Positions 35,040 through 35,672 of a DNA stretch of 35,672 nt are shown piece by piece. Made by a program: the position numbers and the translations under genes. The DNA comes from a virus. Taxonomy: Duplodnaviria > Caudoviricetes. The stretch's first letter is position 1; each line of letters begins with the position of its first letter. The notes below the pieces were generated by a model. The model was given only the letters and a program-made list of their open reading frames with translations, was not told the DNA's origin and searched no databases. The DNA lies in IMG/VR virus record IMGVR_UViG_3300038530_000810, positions 1 to 35,672 of that record; one strand, written 5' to 3'.

Positions 35040-35264
35040 ATGACAAGAGCTAGATTTGACCCAAGACTCATAGATATTTACAAAGAGCCTAGACTTTTGT
35101 TGCATTTTCAATGGGGAAACGATAATAAGATTTATAGATATGCTTTAGTTGAAAAAATTGATATAGGTAGTATCAACGAATTAACAAAGCAAAAGAAAGA
35201 TGAACTAAATCTTTCTAACGAGGACATTTGGAAAAAATATGGCATCAATAGTAGACATCTGTAA
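35040..35264 (+). CDS. Hypothetical 'LHFQW...YRYALVE' protein, present at this locus only in allele B
   Basis: 74 aa; homologous to 17909..18142; absent between 318 and 382. Confidence 0.7.
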   Translation: MTRARFDPRLIDIYKEPRLLLHFQWGNDNKIYRYALVEKIDIGSINELTKQKKDELNLSNEDIWKKYGINSRHL

Positions 35265-35672
35265 TGGAGCATTAAATCAACTAGGAGCAACTACTATTCT
35301 TTCACTTACAGAAGATTCAAAGAACGCAAGACTTTGCAACGCAAGATATACACAAGTTAGAGACGCATTATTTAGATCACATCCTTGGAACTGTTTACAG
35401 AAGCGAGTAGAACTTGCAGCAGATACAGCTACACCTGCTTGGGGTTTTAGTTCACAATATACTTTACCATCAGATTGTATGAGACTACTTCGTATATTAG
35501 ATTTTGATTCTAACTACAAAGTAGAAGGTAGAAAAATATTAAGTAACGCATCAAGCATGAAAATTTTATATGTTTCAAGAGTTACTGATCCTAATGAATA
35601 CGATGAATTACTAAGAGAAACTATATCGGCTGCATTAGCAGCGGACATTGCATACGGAGTTACATCTTCAAA
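35239..35672 (+). CDS. Tail tubular protein A, allele B (truncated by the window end)
   Basis: MASIVDICNGALNQLGATTILSL...; 29 differences in 144 aa from 382..963. Confidence 0.85.
   Translation, partial: MASIVDICNGALNQLGATTILSLTEDSKNARLCNARYTQVRDALFRSHPWNCLQKRVELAADTATPAWGFSSQYTLPSDCMRLLRILDFDSNYKVEGRKILSNASSMKILYVSRVTDPNEYDELLRETISAALAADIAYGVTSS

Larger units (their letters stand above)
34682..35672 (+). repeat. Divergent terminal redundancy with 1..~815
   Basis: First 77 nt identical, then about 95% nt identity to 318, an extra ORF, then about 80% aa identity. Confidence 0.95.

Noticed and set aside
34682-35672. True direct terminal repeat, or DGR template/variable repeat pair
   Set aside because: The copies diverge after 77 nt, changes are mostly third-position and not adenine-specific, and no reverse transcriptase is present
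1-35672. Prophage/integrase, tRNA, DNA or RNA polymerase, alternative genetic code
   Set aside because: No host flanks or such motifs were seen, and standard-code ORFs tile the genome densely

Overview
The window is an apparently complete, AT-rich podovirus-type phage genome with a 34,681-bp unit, since position 34682 restarts position 1. The last 991 bp are a divergent second allele of the capsid-to-tail junction. The + strand late module carries TerL, portal, scaffold, major capsid, tail tubular proteins A/B, three internal virion proteins, a tail fibre, Ig/LamG/SPRY/Gly-rich receptor-type proteins, holin-like genes and a cluster of tiny Lys/Arg-rich ORFs. A leftward early operon encodes a PD-(D/E)XK exonuclease, an annealase-like protein, an SSB-like protein, a DUF6378-like protein and a stand-alone DnaA domain IV. 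A rightward operon encodes a Cro-like HTH, a Mom-like DNA modifier, an HTH replication initiator with internal iterons and TerS. I recognised no DNA polymerase, primase/helicase, integrase, endolysin, tRNA or CRISPR array. Size and gene content resemble HTVC010P-type pelagiphages (inference, not searched). The most interesting signal is a ~63-nt structured minus-strand RNA at 21214-21276. Its two unpaired segments are complementary to the translation-initiation regions of up to six early genes, including 23 bp on the DnaA-domain gene and 18 bp on the Cro-like gene, which makes it a candidate C4-like multi-target antisense regulator. All product calls come from motif recognition by eye; no database search was run.
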